Part shown: in pieces, positions 39,206 to 48,113 of the stretch
How positions within the stretch are numbered: position 1 is the stretch's first letter
Layout of the letters: each line of letters opens with the position of its first letter
Source: Thermoplasmata archaeon
GTDB lineage: Archaea > Thermoplasmatota > Thermoplasmata > Lutacidiplasmatales > UBA184
Assembly: GCA_035933635.1 (NCBI GenBank)
Contig: DASYYY010000022.1
Coordinates: 130,417-194,416 of the forward strand
Direction: 5' to 3'
DNA length: 64,000 nt
Program-made: the position numbers and the translations under genes
The notes under the pieces: model-generated
The model's input: the letters and a program-made list of their open reading frames with translations, nothing else
The model's database searches: none
Told to the model about the DNA's origin: nothing

Positions 39206-39544
39206 ATGGATACGTATATCTCGGTGGACGACCTGGGCTCCCCGATGGGCGCCAAGAGCCTGCCGGGGCCCGAGGGTCGGTTACGGAACCTCTCGCGGCT
39301 GCTGCAGCGGTCGAACGAGGACCCGTCGCTGCTCCTGGCCCGCGAGTTCGCCGGGGAGGCTCGCCAGTTCCTGGCCCGGGGCCAGGACTCGGCCGCGGAA
39401 CGAAGTATCGCGGCGGCCCATCTGGCGCTTCGGCTCGGCAACCATTCCGTGAGCGGGGGCGCGGCGGCCGGCGCCGCGGACTCGAACGGCACCGACCCGA
39501 GCCCGCTCGACCCTCCGGCACCGCCGGTCCGCCGCTTCCGGTAG
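39206..39544 (+). CDS. Small helical hypothetical protein
   Basis: Amphipathic helices fill the gap between genes; start uncertain (39143/39206/39245). Confidence 0.5.
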   Translation: MDTYISVDDLGSPMGAKSLPGPEGRLRNLSRLLQRSNEDPSLLLAREFAGEARQFLARGQDSAAERSIAAAHLALRLGNHSVSGGAAAGAADSNGTDPSPLDPPAPPVRRFR

Positions 39545-39637
39545 GTTCGTCCCGACCCCCGGCCCGGGGGCGGCCCCGCGCCGCGTCGCCACCGAGCGTT
39601 AAGGGAGGCCGAGTTTGACCCTCACCGGGTAGCGTTC

Positions 39638-41377
39638 GTGGCCGAGATCCCACCGGAGGACGTGATCTCCCCGGTGGACCGGGGGCTCACCCACGAGCGC
39701 CCGCTCGGGCTGAGCTCGAGCATCGTCTTCGTCATCGGCGTCGTCATCCAGGGCGTCGGATTCATCGGGAACTACTTCACCTCCCACCACATCGGCTACG
39801 AGCAGATCGGGCTGACGGCGCTCGGCGTCGCCGGCCTGTTCCTGACGATCTCCTCGACCGTCAACGGGATGGCCGACCTGCGGATCGGCTCGGCCTACAC
39901 CTACTTCATCGCCCGCGGACGCAAGCCCGAGGAGCTGACCGCCACCTACGCCGGGGTCCGGCTGAGCCTCGTGGTGCTCGTCAGCCTCGGCCTGTTCCTC
40001 TTGGCGCCGCTCTTCTACTTCACCCAGGGCGCGACGACCTGCTTGGCCGCCACGGGCTGCCAGTTGACGATCCCGTCCCGGACGGAGATCGAGATCTTCG
40101 GGGTGTTCATGATCGCCCCGCTGCTCTGGTCGCCCGGGACGATCTACAGCCAACTTTGGGTCGCGCGGGGCGACTCGGTGCGCAGCCAGTTCCCGCTGCT
40201 GGTGCAGTCGGCGGTCCAGACCATCGGGCTCGTCACCGTCGCGCTGCTCGGACCGCCCCCCATCGAAGCACTCTGGGGGCTCGCCTTCTCCTACCTGGCC
40301 GGGGGGGCGGCCTCGGCGATCTACTCGACGCCGGCCGTCGTGCGGCTCTGGCACGAGTTCAAGGTGCCCGAGGTCCGCAAGATGTTCGTCTACGCCTGGC
40401 CGCTGATGGGCGGCCTGGTCCTCGGTTATCTCTGGACCACCGCGCCGACGTTCTTCGTCGCGACGCTCTCCGGCGGGGCCGTCGCGGTCTTCCTGGCCGC
40501 GAACGGGTTCCGGGTGCTCCTATTGGGGCTCCCGACCGCGGTGGCGATGCCGCTGTTCCCCCACCTGACGAACCTCCATGTCCGCCGCGAGTACGAACAG
40601 TTGCGTCGTCGGACGTGGGCGGCCCTCCGGTACACCGCGATGATCGTGGTGCCGGCCTCAATCGCGATGGTCGTCTACCGTACTCCGCTGCTGAACGTGC
40701 TGTTCGTCGGGACCACCTACGCCGCCGGGGCGGTCCCTCTCGCGATCCTCGCCGTTTCCGCCATCCCGGCGGCGCTCAGCCAGATCATCCTCACCGCGCT
40801 CTCCTCCGTCGGCCGCCAGCGGCTCGACCTGTACCTGACGGGCGTCCAGGTCGCCGTGCTCCTCGGCGTAGCGTTCCTCGTCCTGCCCCCGTTCGCACCG
40901 CTCGGTAACGAGGGGCTCATGGGCGCGGCCATCGCCGTGCTCGCCTCTTCCCTCGCCTCGTTCGCGCTGAACGTCTACTTCGTCGAGCGGGCACTGGCCA
41001 TCCGGGTCCAGCCCCGGCCCATCGCGGCGATCGTGCTCAGCGCCGCGGCGAGCTTCTTCGTCGTCTCGCGGCTCAACGCCTACATCTCCCCGAGCCGGTT
41101 CTACATCCTGTTCCCGGCGATCCTGCTCGGGTTCGCGGCGTACTTCCTCGTGCTCGCCGCGACCGGCGAGCTGTCCAAACGGGACGTCGAGCGGCTCGCC
41201 CACTACGTGGGGCTGCCGCGCCGGGTCGGCTCGTTCTTCGCCCGATTCTGCTGGGCGGACGAGACCCGGGATGCGGGCGAGATGCTGGGCGAGGAGCACG
41301 CGGCCGAGAGCGACGAGCGGCTGGACGCCACACGTCTGAGCGAGACCGGCGACGGGGCGTTCCGTCGTCGGGGGTGA
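39638..41377 (+). CDS. MOP-superfamily flippase (Wzx/RfbX-like oligosaccharide exporter)
   Basis: About 14 TM helices, ADLRIG, YAWPL, PLFP, GLMGAAIA. Confidence 0.88.
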   Translation: MAEIPPEDVISPVDRGLTHERPLGLSSSIVFVIGVVIQGVGFIGNYFTSHHIGYEQIGLTALGVAGLFLTISSTVNGMADLRIGSAYTYFIARGRKPEELTATYAGVRLSLVVLVSLGLFLLAPLFYFTQGATTCLAATGCQLTIPSRTEIEIFGVFMIAPLLWSPGTIYSQLWVARGDSVRSQFPLLVQSAVQTIGLVTVALLGPPPIEALWGLAFSYLAGGAASAIYSTPAVVRLWHEFKVPEVRKMFVYAWPLMGGLVLGYLWTTAPTFFVATLSGGAVAVFLAANGFRVLLLGLPTAVAMPLFPHLTNLHVRREYEQLRRRTWAALRYTAMIVVPASIAMVVYRTPLLNVLFVGTTYAAGAVPLAILAVSAIPAALSQIILTALSSVGRQRLDLYLTGVQVAVLLGVAFLVLPPFAPLGNEGLMGAAIAVLASSLASFALNVYFVERALAIRVQPRPIAAIVLSAAASFFVVSRLNAYISPSRFYILFPAILLGFAAYFLVLAATGELSKRDVERLAHYVGLPRRVGSFFARFCWADETRDAGEMLGEEHAAESDERLDATRLSETGDGAFRRRG

Positions 41378-41406
41378 GCCCCGGACGGTGCCCCCCGAGT
41401 CGGCGA

Positions 41407-41414
41407 TTTAAATA
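41407..41414 (+). promoter_or_regulatory. TATA box of the ABC exporter operon (probably leaderless)
   Basis: TTTAAATA about 25 nt upstream of ATG 41439. Confidence 0.65.
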
Positions 41415-41438
41415 CGAGCGCCCGGGTGGTCGGCGTCC

Positions 41439-42368
41439 ATGCCGGCGGAAGCGCTCGTCGCCCGCGAGCTCACCAAGACCTACTCCATCCGGGGGGGTCC
41501 CCAGGTCCACGCCCTGCGGGGAGTCTCGCTCACCATCCACCCGGGCGAACGGTTCGCGCTCCTCGGTCGAAACGGCGCCGGGAAGACCACCTTCCTGCGC
41601 ATCGCTTCGACCCTCCTGGTTCCGACCTCCGGCACGGTGGAGGTGTTCGGGATCGACGCGATACGCCGCCCGGAGGAGGTTCGCCCCAACCTGGCCGTGG
41701 TGCCGCAGGAGGGCAAACCGTTCTTCCACTTGACCCCCCGCGAGCAGGTCTACGCCTATCTCAGCGCCCGCGGGTTCGACCGCGCGACCGCCCGGTCCCG
41801 GACCGAGGAGGCGCTCGGGCAGATGGGGCTCGGGGAGGTGGCCGACCGTCTCTCGACCACGCTCTCGGGCGGGCAACGCCAGCGGACGATGGTGGCGACG
41901 GTCATCGCCACGGAGGCGCCGCTCCTGTTCCTGGACGAGCCGACGATCGGGATGGACCCGTTCGCGCGCCGGGATGTCTGGGAGTCCTTCCGTCGCCTGA
42001 CCCGGAGGGGGTCGACGATCCTGCTCACCACCCACTACCTCGACGAAGCCGAGCACCTTTCCCAGCGGCTCGCCATCGTCGAGCGCGGCAAGGTGCTTCT
42101 CGAGGGGGACGCCGAGGGGCTCAAGCGGCAGGTCGGTGGGAGCCTCCGCGTCTCGATCACCGAGGGAGCGCGGGTGCGCGAGACGCTCGCGAGCTTCGGG
42201 GAGCTGATCGAGGACGGTGGGTCGGTCTCGGTGATCCTCGGTCCGGAGAAGGTCCCCGAGCTGCTGAACTTCGCGATGAAGGAGCATCTCAACGCGAGCG
42301 TCGGCCCCGTGACGCTCGAGGAAGCGTTCCTGCGGATCGTCGGGCACTCGATCAACGAGGAGTCGTAG
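41439..42368 (+). CDS. ABC-2 exporter ATP-binding subunit
   Basis: GRNGAGKT, LSGGQ, LDEPT, TTHYLDEAE, TLEEAF. Confidence 0.95.
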   Translation: MPAEALVARELTKTYSIRGGPQVHALRGVSLTIHPGERFALLGRNGAGKTTFLRIASTLLVPTSGTVEVFGIDAIRRPEEVRPNLAVVPQEGKPFFHLTPREQVYAYLSARGFDRATARSRTEEALGQMGLGEVADRLSTTLSGGQRQRTMVATVIATEAPLLFLDEPTIGMDPFARRDVWESFRRLTRRGSTILLTTHYLDEAEHLSQRLAIVERGKVLLEGDAEGLKRQVGGSLRVSITEGARVRETLASFGELIEDGGSVSVILGPEKVPELLNFAMKEHLNASVGPVTLEEAFLRIVGHSINEES

Positions 42369-42370
42369 CG

Positions 42371-43123
42371 ATGGCGCTCGCGCGCCCCCGATGGACAGGC
42401 ACCGGGGCGTTCACGCTGACGGAGTTCCGGGTCCAGCTGCACGAGGGGCTGGCCATCGTGACCTCGATGATCGTGCAGGTCGTGCTGCTGATCTTCGTCG
42501 ACATCCTGGACCGGCCGATCCTGCCCTACGCGCTGATCGGCGCGGTCGTCTACTCGCTGTTCATGCTGGGCCAGCGGGTCCAGAACGAGGCGGCGTACAT
42601 CCGGATCGACCACAAGCTCACCGAGCTCTACCACGCGAGCCCGCTCACCGCCGAGGGGTACTTCGTCGGGATGTCCGCCGGGGTGCTCCTCGCCTACCTC
42701 CCGCCGATCCTGGTGCTCGTCGTCGCGATGGAACTGATCGCCCCGCTCGGTCCGCTGGCCTCCGCCACACTCCTCGGGGCCGGGGCCGCCGTCTGGCTGT
42801 TCACCTCCTCGATGGGCTACGTCTTCAGCACCCTGTTCAAGGAGAACCGGGCCATCTGGCCGTACGCGAGCATCCTGACCAACCTGTTCGGGGTGCTCCC
42901 GCCGGTCTTCTACCCGATACGGTTCCTCCCCGGCTACTGGCACCCCATCGCGCTGGCGATCCCGACGAGCTCGGCCGCCGCCCTCGTCGAAGCGGCCCAG
43001 GGCGGTCTGGTCAGCCTCTCCGGCGGCGAGCTCCTGTTCGGTGCGATCGTCCTCGCGATCGAGGCGATCGCCGTGTTCGTCTTCGCCGTATACTGGGCCC
43101 GTAGGTCCGCCCGGGAGCGCTGA
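42371..43123 (+). CDS. ABC-2 exporter permease
   Basis: 6 TM helices, PPVFYP; operon position. Confidence 0.85.
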   Translation: MALARPRWTGTGAFTLTEFRVQLHEGLAIVTSMIVQVVLLIFVDILDRPILPYALIGAVVYSLFMLGQRVQNEAAYIRIDHKLTELYHASPLTAEGYFVGMSAGVLLAYLPPILVLVVAMELIAPLGPLASATLLGAGAAVWLFTSSMGYVFSTLFKENRAIWPYASILTNLFGVLPPVFYPIRFLPGYWHPIALAIPTSSAAALVEAAQGGLVSLSGGELLFGAIVLAIEAIAVFVFAVYWARRSARER

Positions 43124-43126
43124 ACG

Positions 43127-43894
43127 ATGTCCGAGACCGTGGCGGCCCGAGGATCGACCTCCGGCGGCGCGGTGCTGCCGGCGTTCGGGCTGATCGGCTG
43201 GCGGTGGGTCAGTCGCAACCCGGCCGCCGCCATCGCCCCGATCCTGTTGCCGTTCATCTTCCTGTACTTCCTGCGGCTGATCTCGCCCCCGTCGTACTTC
43301 CCGCTCGAGGTCGTCGGGGCGATGCTGTTCACCACCCAGAACATCGGCAGCTGGGTGCTCGGCGACTCGGCCACCTGGAGGATCGAGATGCGGATGCAGG
43401 ACCTGTTCGTCGCCTCCCCGCTGAACAAGGTCCGCTACCTGTTCGGGATCGCGCTGTCGAACCTGATCCCGGCGGCACCGGCGTTGGCCGTACTGGCGGT
43501 GCTCTTGGCGATCACGGTTCCGGTCCCGGCGCTCGGCTGGCTCGCGCTCCTCGGCTGCATCCTGACCCTCTGGATACTGTTCAGTGCCATCGGGATCGCC
43601 GTGTCGAGCCGGGTGAAGAGCCAGCGGGAGATCTGGCCGGTCGGCAACCTGAGCTTCACCATCATCGGGATGCTGTCGCCGTTGTACTACCCGCTGACCG
43701 TGCTGCCGCCCTACTGGCAGGACGCGGCCCGGTTCCTTCCCACCACCTACGCCGCGCTCCTGGTGCAAGGATCCATGGGCCTGCCGGGGGCGGTCGCGTC
43801 GGACCTTCTCGTCGATGCCGGTCTGCTCGGGCTCTCGGCGCTGGTCGGTACGATCCTCGCGCTGCGGCTCTACCGGTGGCGCGAAGGCGACTGA
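43127..43894 (+). CDS. ABC-2 exporter permease
   Basis: 6 TM helices, ASPL, SPLYYP, LPTTYA. Confidence 0.88.
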   Translation: MSETVAARGSTSGGAVLPAFGLIGWRWVSRNPAAAIAPILLPFIFLYFLRLISPPSYFPLEVVGAMLFTTQNIGSWVLGDSATWRIEMRMQDLFVASPLNKVRYLFGIALSNLIPAAPALAVLAVLLAITVPVPALGWLALLGCILTLWILFSAIGIAVSSRVKSQREIWPVGNLSFTIIGMLSPLYYPLTVLPPYWQDAARFLPTTYAALLVQGSMGLPGAVASDLLVDAGLLGLSALVGTILALRLYRWREGD

Positions 43895-43949
43895 CCGGTT
43901 TCCCTGCGGGGGTCAATATCAAGAGCCCCCCGGTTCTTCCCGGGTCCAT

Positions 43950-44040
43950 CCGGTGCCGCTTGGGGACGAATACGAGCGTACGATCCGTCGGGAGACCCGC
44001 CGGGGACTACGCTGGGTCGGCCCACCGACTTGGGCGCCGG
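43950..44040 (+). ncRNA. Candidate structured RNA or 5' leader upstream of aIF1
   Basis: Nested stems CCGGTGCC/GGCGCCGG, AGCGTA/TACGCT, CGGG/CCCG, GGGTCGG/CCGACTT. Confidence 0.35.
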
Positions 44041-44064
44041 TAGCGAGTTAGGAATCCAGCTGCA

Positions 44065-44382
44065 ATGGGGAACGAAGAGTTCGACGAGATCCTGTCTGCC
44101 CTCGATCGAGAGAGCGCGCGCATCCGGGTCCGCGTCGAGCCGCGACGGTACAACAAGCCCGCCACGGTGATCTCCGGGTTCCCCCCCGGTGTCGACCTCG
44201 CCGAGACGACCCGCCAGCTCAAGAACCGACTCGCGACGGGAGGATCGGTGGTCGAGGGGGAGGTCTACCTCCAGGGTGACCACCGCGGACGGATCCGGGA
44301 CGAGCTCTCCCGGCTGGGGTTCGACGGCCAGACCATCGAGGTCTCCAACGTTCAGCTCCCCAAGCGCGGTCGGCGCGGGTAG
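44065..44382 (+). CDS. Translation initiation factor aIF1 (SUI1/YciH family)
   Basis: RRYNKPATVISG, LKNRLATGGS, LQGDHR. Confidence 0.93.
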   Translation: MGNEEFDEILSALDRESARIRVRVEPRRYNKPATVISGFPPGVDLAETTRQLKNRLATGGSVVEGEVYLQGDHRGRIRDELSRLGFDGQTIEVSNVQLPKRGRRG

Positions 44383-44522
44383 GCGGGGCCGGCGTTGCCG
44401 GGTCGCCGACGCGCCCGGGGGGACCGCCTCCGAGACGCGCGGATTCTGCGCCCCGCGGTGGGGGCCGCACATGTCGCCTGACCTATAATCGTCGATATGC
44501 GGGCCGGCGCCAGGAGCCCCAC

Positions 44523-45383
44523 ATGACCGAAGGATATGCCCACCCCGAGACGCTGGTGGAGAACGCCTGGCTCGCCGAGCATCTGAACGACCCCCACGTC
44601 CGGATCGCCGAGGTCGACTACGACCCGGTCGCCAACTACCAGCAGGGCCACCTGCCGGGGGCGGTGCTGTTCGACTGGCGGCAGGACATTAACGACGGGC
44701 TAAGGCGGGACATCCTGTCGGGCGAGCAGCTCACCCAGCTGTTCCGCCGCAGCGGCGTCGAGGCGAACACCACCCTCGTGCTCTACGGGGACTTCAACAA
44801 CTGGTTCGCCGCGTTCGCCTTCTGGGTGTTCAAGTACTACGGGTTCCAGGACGTCCGGCTGCTCAACGGCGGCCGCAAGAAGTGGGTCGCCGAGGACCGT
44901 CCTCTGACCAAGGACGCCCCCTCCCCCGCACCGACCCAGTTCACGGCCGGCCCTCCGAACGACGCGCTCCGCGCCTACTACGACGAGGTGCGCAAGGGGC
45001 TCGACCAGGTCCGCTCCGGCCAGCTCCGGCTCGTCGACGTCCGCGGCCCCAAGGAGTTCACCGGTGAGGTGACCGCGCCGCCGGAGTACCCGAACGAACA
45101 CGCCCAGCGTGGCGGTCACATCCCCGGAGCGGCGAACATCCCCTGGGGCCAGGCGGTCAACGACGATGGCACGTTCAGGACCCCGGCCGAGCTCAAGGCG
45201 CTCTACGGCGGCAAGGGGATCACCGGCCAGCAGCCGGTCATCACGTACTGCCGGATCGGCGAACGGTCCAGCCACACGTGGTTCGTCCTGAGCTATCTGC
45301 TCGGCTACCGCAACGTCCGCAACTACGACGGGTCCTGGACTGAGTGGGGCAACCAGATCCGAAGCCCGATCGAGAAGCCCTAA
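44523..45383 (+). CDS. Tandem-domain rhodanese (thiosulfate sulfurtransferase, CysA/SseA type)
   Basis: GHLPGA, LLNGGRKKW, GHIPGA, active site YCRIGER, YDGSWTEW. Confidence 0.95.
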   Translation: MTEGYAHPETLVENAWLAEHLNDPHVRIAEVDYDPVANYQQGHLPGAVLFDWRQDINDGLRRDILSGEQLTQLFRRSGVEANTTLVLYGDFNNWFAAFAFWVFKYYGFQDVRLLNGGRKKWVAEDRPLTKDAPSPAPTQFTAGPPNDALRAYYDEVRKGLDQVRSGQLRLVDVRGPKEFTGEVTAPPEYPNEHAQRGGHIPGAANIPWGQAVNDDGTFRTPAELKALYGGKGITGQQPVITYCRIGERSSHTWFVLSYLLGYRNVRNYDGSWTEWGNQIRSPIEKP

Positions 45384-46132
45384 CGCCGCGACGCGGCCCC
45401 CGCCGCGTCGTTCGTGGCGGGGGCCTCCATCCGACCGGTCGCACCGCGCCGTCGCGGCACGGGGTTCGGTTCCTTGCGGACGAGGAACTCGTGGAGGTGA
45501 CCGTCGACCCGGTGGATGAGCAGCGTGTGACCGGTTCGGTCCGACCAGCGAACGAGCTCGATCGGGCTGGTCGGGTCGTCGGTGACGAGCAGGACGACCT
45601 CCCCGGAGGCCCGGCCCGCCAGCTCGTCGTCCAGGCGTGCGAGGGTCGCCGAGCACTCCGTACCGAGCTCAATGAGCTGGAGGTCGGGGAACGCCGCGTA
45701 GCACCGGATGTGGAGGGCGCGGATCCGCTCGCGAAGGCCCTCGACGATCTCCGGCGCCGACCGCAAGGCTCCCCCCGGTCGAACCGGAGTGGAAGGTCGA
45801 ACGCGGACGATCCAGCCACGGTCGTAGGGCGAGTCGTTGACCAACTTCGGTCGCGCCACGACGGTCGGATTCCGTTCCACTACGGTCGCCTCGATGGGGA
45901 GCCGGACCGGCCCGGTGAAGCGGACGCTCTCGACGGTGGCCACGCTCGTACCCGCGGCTTGACTTCCCTCGAGCTCGCGGAAGCTGAGGGACGTCAGGAC
46001 ACCGGCGAAGGCCACCTGGCTCGAGGTCAGGCCGAGAGTGCAGACCCCCGCGTCGTCAACGGCCGTGATCCACGTGCCCTGCTCGAGGTCGTAGAGCCGG
46101 TCCTCGGGGACCGGGCAGCCGTCGACCTCCAT
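45380..46132 (-). CDS. GcvH/LbpA-like lipoyl domain (Lys replaced by Arg) fused to a TusA/SirA-like domain
   Basis: PEDRLY, ATVESVRFTGPV, N.......VNDSPYDRGWIVRV; then ELGTECS, GEVVLLVTDDP, FLVRK. Confidence 0.85.
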   Translation of the reverse strand: MEVDGCPVPEDRLYDLEQGTWITAVDDAGVCTLGLTSSQVAFAGVLTSLSFRELEGSQAAGTSVATVESVRFTGPVRLPIEATVVERNPTVVARPKLVNDSPYDRGWIVRVRPSTPVRPGGALRSAPEIVEGLRERIRALHIRCYAAFPDLQLIELGTECSATLARLDDELAGRASGEVVLLVTDDPTSPIELVRWSDRTGHTLLIHRVDGHLHEFLVRKEPNPVPRRRGATGRMEAPATNDAAGAASRR

Positions 46133-46199
46133 CGACGCCCCGAATCGACCGGTCCCGATGAGCGTGCCGGCCGCCCCGTGACTTCTTGGGCGGCCGAGG

Positions 46200-46391
46200 G
46201 TGTGCTCCCGCGTGGCGCATACGGCCGCCGGCCCCGCCCACCGCCCGAACGTATGCGTCTGCGGCCACTTCGCCACGACGCACATGGTCGTCGAGCCGGT
46301 GGCCGGCCCGTTCGTCGGGTCCTACGCCCTGGTACCTACCGGGGGATGTGCCCGATGCGGCGCGGCGTGCACCAAGTACGCGCCGAGGTAA
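46200..46391 (+). CDS. Small putative Zn-binding protein
   Basis: CVCGH....H and GCARCGAAC motifs; divergent from the GcvH-TusA gene; start may be GTG 46212. Confidence 0.6.
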   Translation: MCSRVAHTAAGPAHRPNVCVCGHFATTHMVVEPVAGPFVGSYALVPTGGCARCGAACTKYAPR

Positions 46392-46415
46392 CGTTCGCTC
46401 CGATACCCGACCATT

Positions 46416-48113
46416 ATGCCGAGTTCGGACAGATTCCGGACGATGTGGTCGCGCGACGATCCCTCCCGGGACCACCGTGGAGGTTCGGTGGCGCTCGCCG
46501 GGATGGTCGTGGTGCTTCTCCTGTCGAGCGGGCCCGCGGCGACGGGCTCCGCTCCGGTCGCTCCGCCTCCTCCTCCGCATTCGGTGAGGGCCGAGGCGGT
46601 CCACAGTGCCGCCACCGGTTCGACCGGCGGGGCGGTCGCCGAGCTGCGGGTCGACGCGGCCGACCCGGCGATCGTCCCCTACTCGGGGGTCGAGTCGAAC
46701 CTGACGGCGTACTCGGCGCCGACGATGCCGGACAACTCCCAGCTGCAGATCGCCACGGCGGTCGTCCTCGGCAACTACGACGCGGTGTTCGGGATCTTCC
46801 TCAACAACACGATCGCCCCGGTGCCGTTCTTCGAGGTGTTCTCGAACTCCACCGACCAGGGCCTTCGGCTCGTGTACTGGCCGAGCTTCGCGCTCGACCC
46901 GTCGACGGGCTACCTGTTCGCCCTCGTTCGGACCGCAGGGACCGTCTGGGAGTTCACCCTCGACGGTCGGCCGTTGGGGGGCAACGCGACGACGGCCAGC
47001 TACGACTTCGGGCTCGCGGCGGGGACCTGGGCGCGCAGCGTCAGCCTGACCGAGATCGCGGCGTACGCGAGCACCCCCTTCGCCCCGCCCTCCGTGACCG
47101 CCACGCTCGCCTTCGCGGTCCTGCGGCCGAACGGCTGGTACCTTCCGCACAACGGCACCGCCAGCACCTCCGGAAGCATCGCCGGGCCGTGGGGGCTCGA
47201 GGGGATGACCCAGCACCCGACGCTCGCTCCCGGGGAGGTCGAGAGCGGGCCGACGATCGCCTCCCTCCCGAACGGCACGAACGTCTGGACCGGCGGGCCG
47301 GTACCGGTGCGCGTGACGCTCACGCTAGGGAGCGGGCTGCTCCCCGCGGCGGGATCGACGCCGCTCGCCATCACGGTGCTCAGCAGTTCGGGGCTGGCCA
47401 TCTCCATGGCGGCGGTCTACCTGACCGATTCGATGGGAGGGCTGTTCTTTCCCCCCGCGCTCGTCACCGGGCCCGAAGGCAACTCCTCGTCGACCTTCAT
47501 CGCCCCCAACGCCTCGGCCCGGGAGACTGACCAGATCCGGGCGAACTCCACGATCTTCGGATTCGCCGGCTCTGCGATCGCAGCGGTGGTCGTGACCGCT
47601 GCCGTGCAGGTCACCCTCGATGCACCCTCGTCGGTGCGGGTCGAGACCTCCGGGACCGTCACCGTGGACGTACGGGCGGTCGTGGCCAACGGCACGCCGC
47701 TCGCGGGGGTCCTCGTGACCTTCTCGGTCAGCGGGGCGGCGGGGATCGACCCCACCACGACCATCACCGACGGCTCGGGCGAGGCAACGACGGTGGTGCT
47801 CGCCCCCGGGGCGCCGGCCACGGTGACGCTGATCGCGACCGCGGTGAGCCCCGGTTACTGGGGGGCGACCCGGGTGACAGTGCAGGTGGTCGCCCCGGCC
47901 ACGGTCTGGTGGGGGAACGACATCCCGTATGTTGTGGGCGGCGCGTTGGCTATCCTGGTGCTCGTGGCGCTGGTGATGCTCTACCGGCGTGCGACCCGCA
48001 AGGAGCAGGAGCTTCCCCCGATGGGACGACTCCGGCTACCGAAGCCCGCCGCGCCGACGGAGCCGGGGGCGACCGAACCGGTCTCCGGACCGGGACCACC
48101 GGCTCACCCGTAA
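46416..48113 (+). CDS. Membrane-anchored surface protein with Big_1-like Ig domains
   Basis: Signal-like N-terminus, GTPLAGVLVTF, TDGSGEAT, C-terminal TM followed by YRR; start uncertain. Confidence 0.8.
   Translation: MPSSDRFRTMWSRDDPSRDHRGGSVALAGMVVVLLLSSGPAATGSAPVAPPPPPHSVRAEAVHSAATGSTGGAVAELRVDAADPAIVPYSGVESNLTAYSAPTMPDNSQLQIATAVVLGNYDAVFGIFLNNTIAPVPFFEVFSNSTDQGLRLVYWPSFALDPSTGYLFALVRTAGTVWEFTLDGRPLGGNATTASYDFGLAAGTWARSVSLTEIAAYASTPFAPPSVTATLAFAVLRPNGWYLPHNGTASTSGSIAGPWGLEGMTQHPTLAPGEVESGPTIASLPNGTNVWTGGPVPVRVTLTLGSGLLPAAGSTPLAITVLSSSGLAISMAAVYLTDSMGGLFFPPALVTGPEGNSSSTFIAPNASARETDQIRANSTIFGFAGSAIAAVVVTAAVQVTLDAPSSVRVETSGTVTVDVRAVVANGTPLAGVLVTFSVSGAAGIDPTTTITDGSGEATTVVLAPGAPATVTLIATAVSPGYWGATRVTVQVVAPATVWWGNDIPYVVGGALAILVLVALVMLYRRATRKEQELPPMGRLRLPKPAAPTEPGATEPVSGPGPPAHP

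Noticed and set aside
23571..39600. Integrated element at the tRNA-Trp 3' end
   Set aside because: Content looks accessory, but I found no integrase and no duplicated tRNA 3' end (att site) by eye.
45380..46132. Ordinary glycine cleavage H protein
   Set aside because: It lacks the lipoyl-Lys, carries a TusA fusion, and has no gcvP/gcvT nearby.
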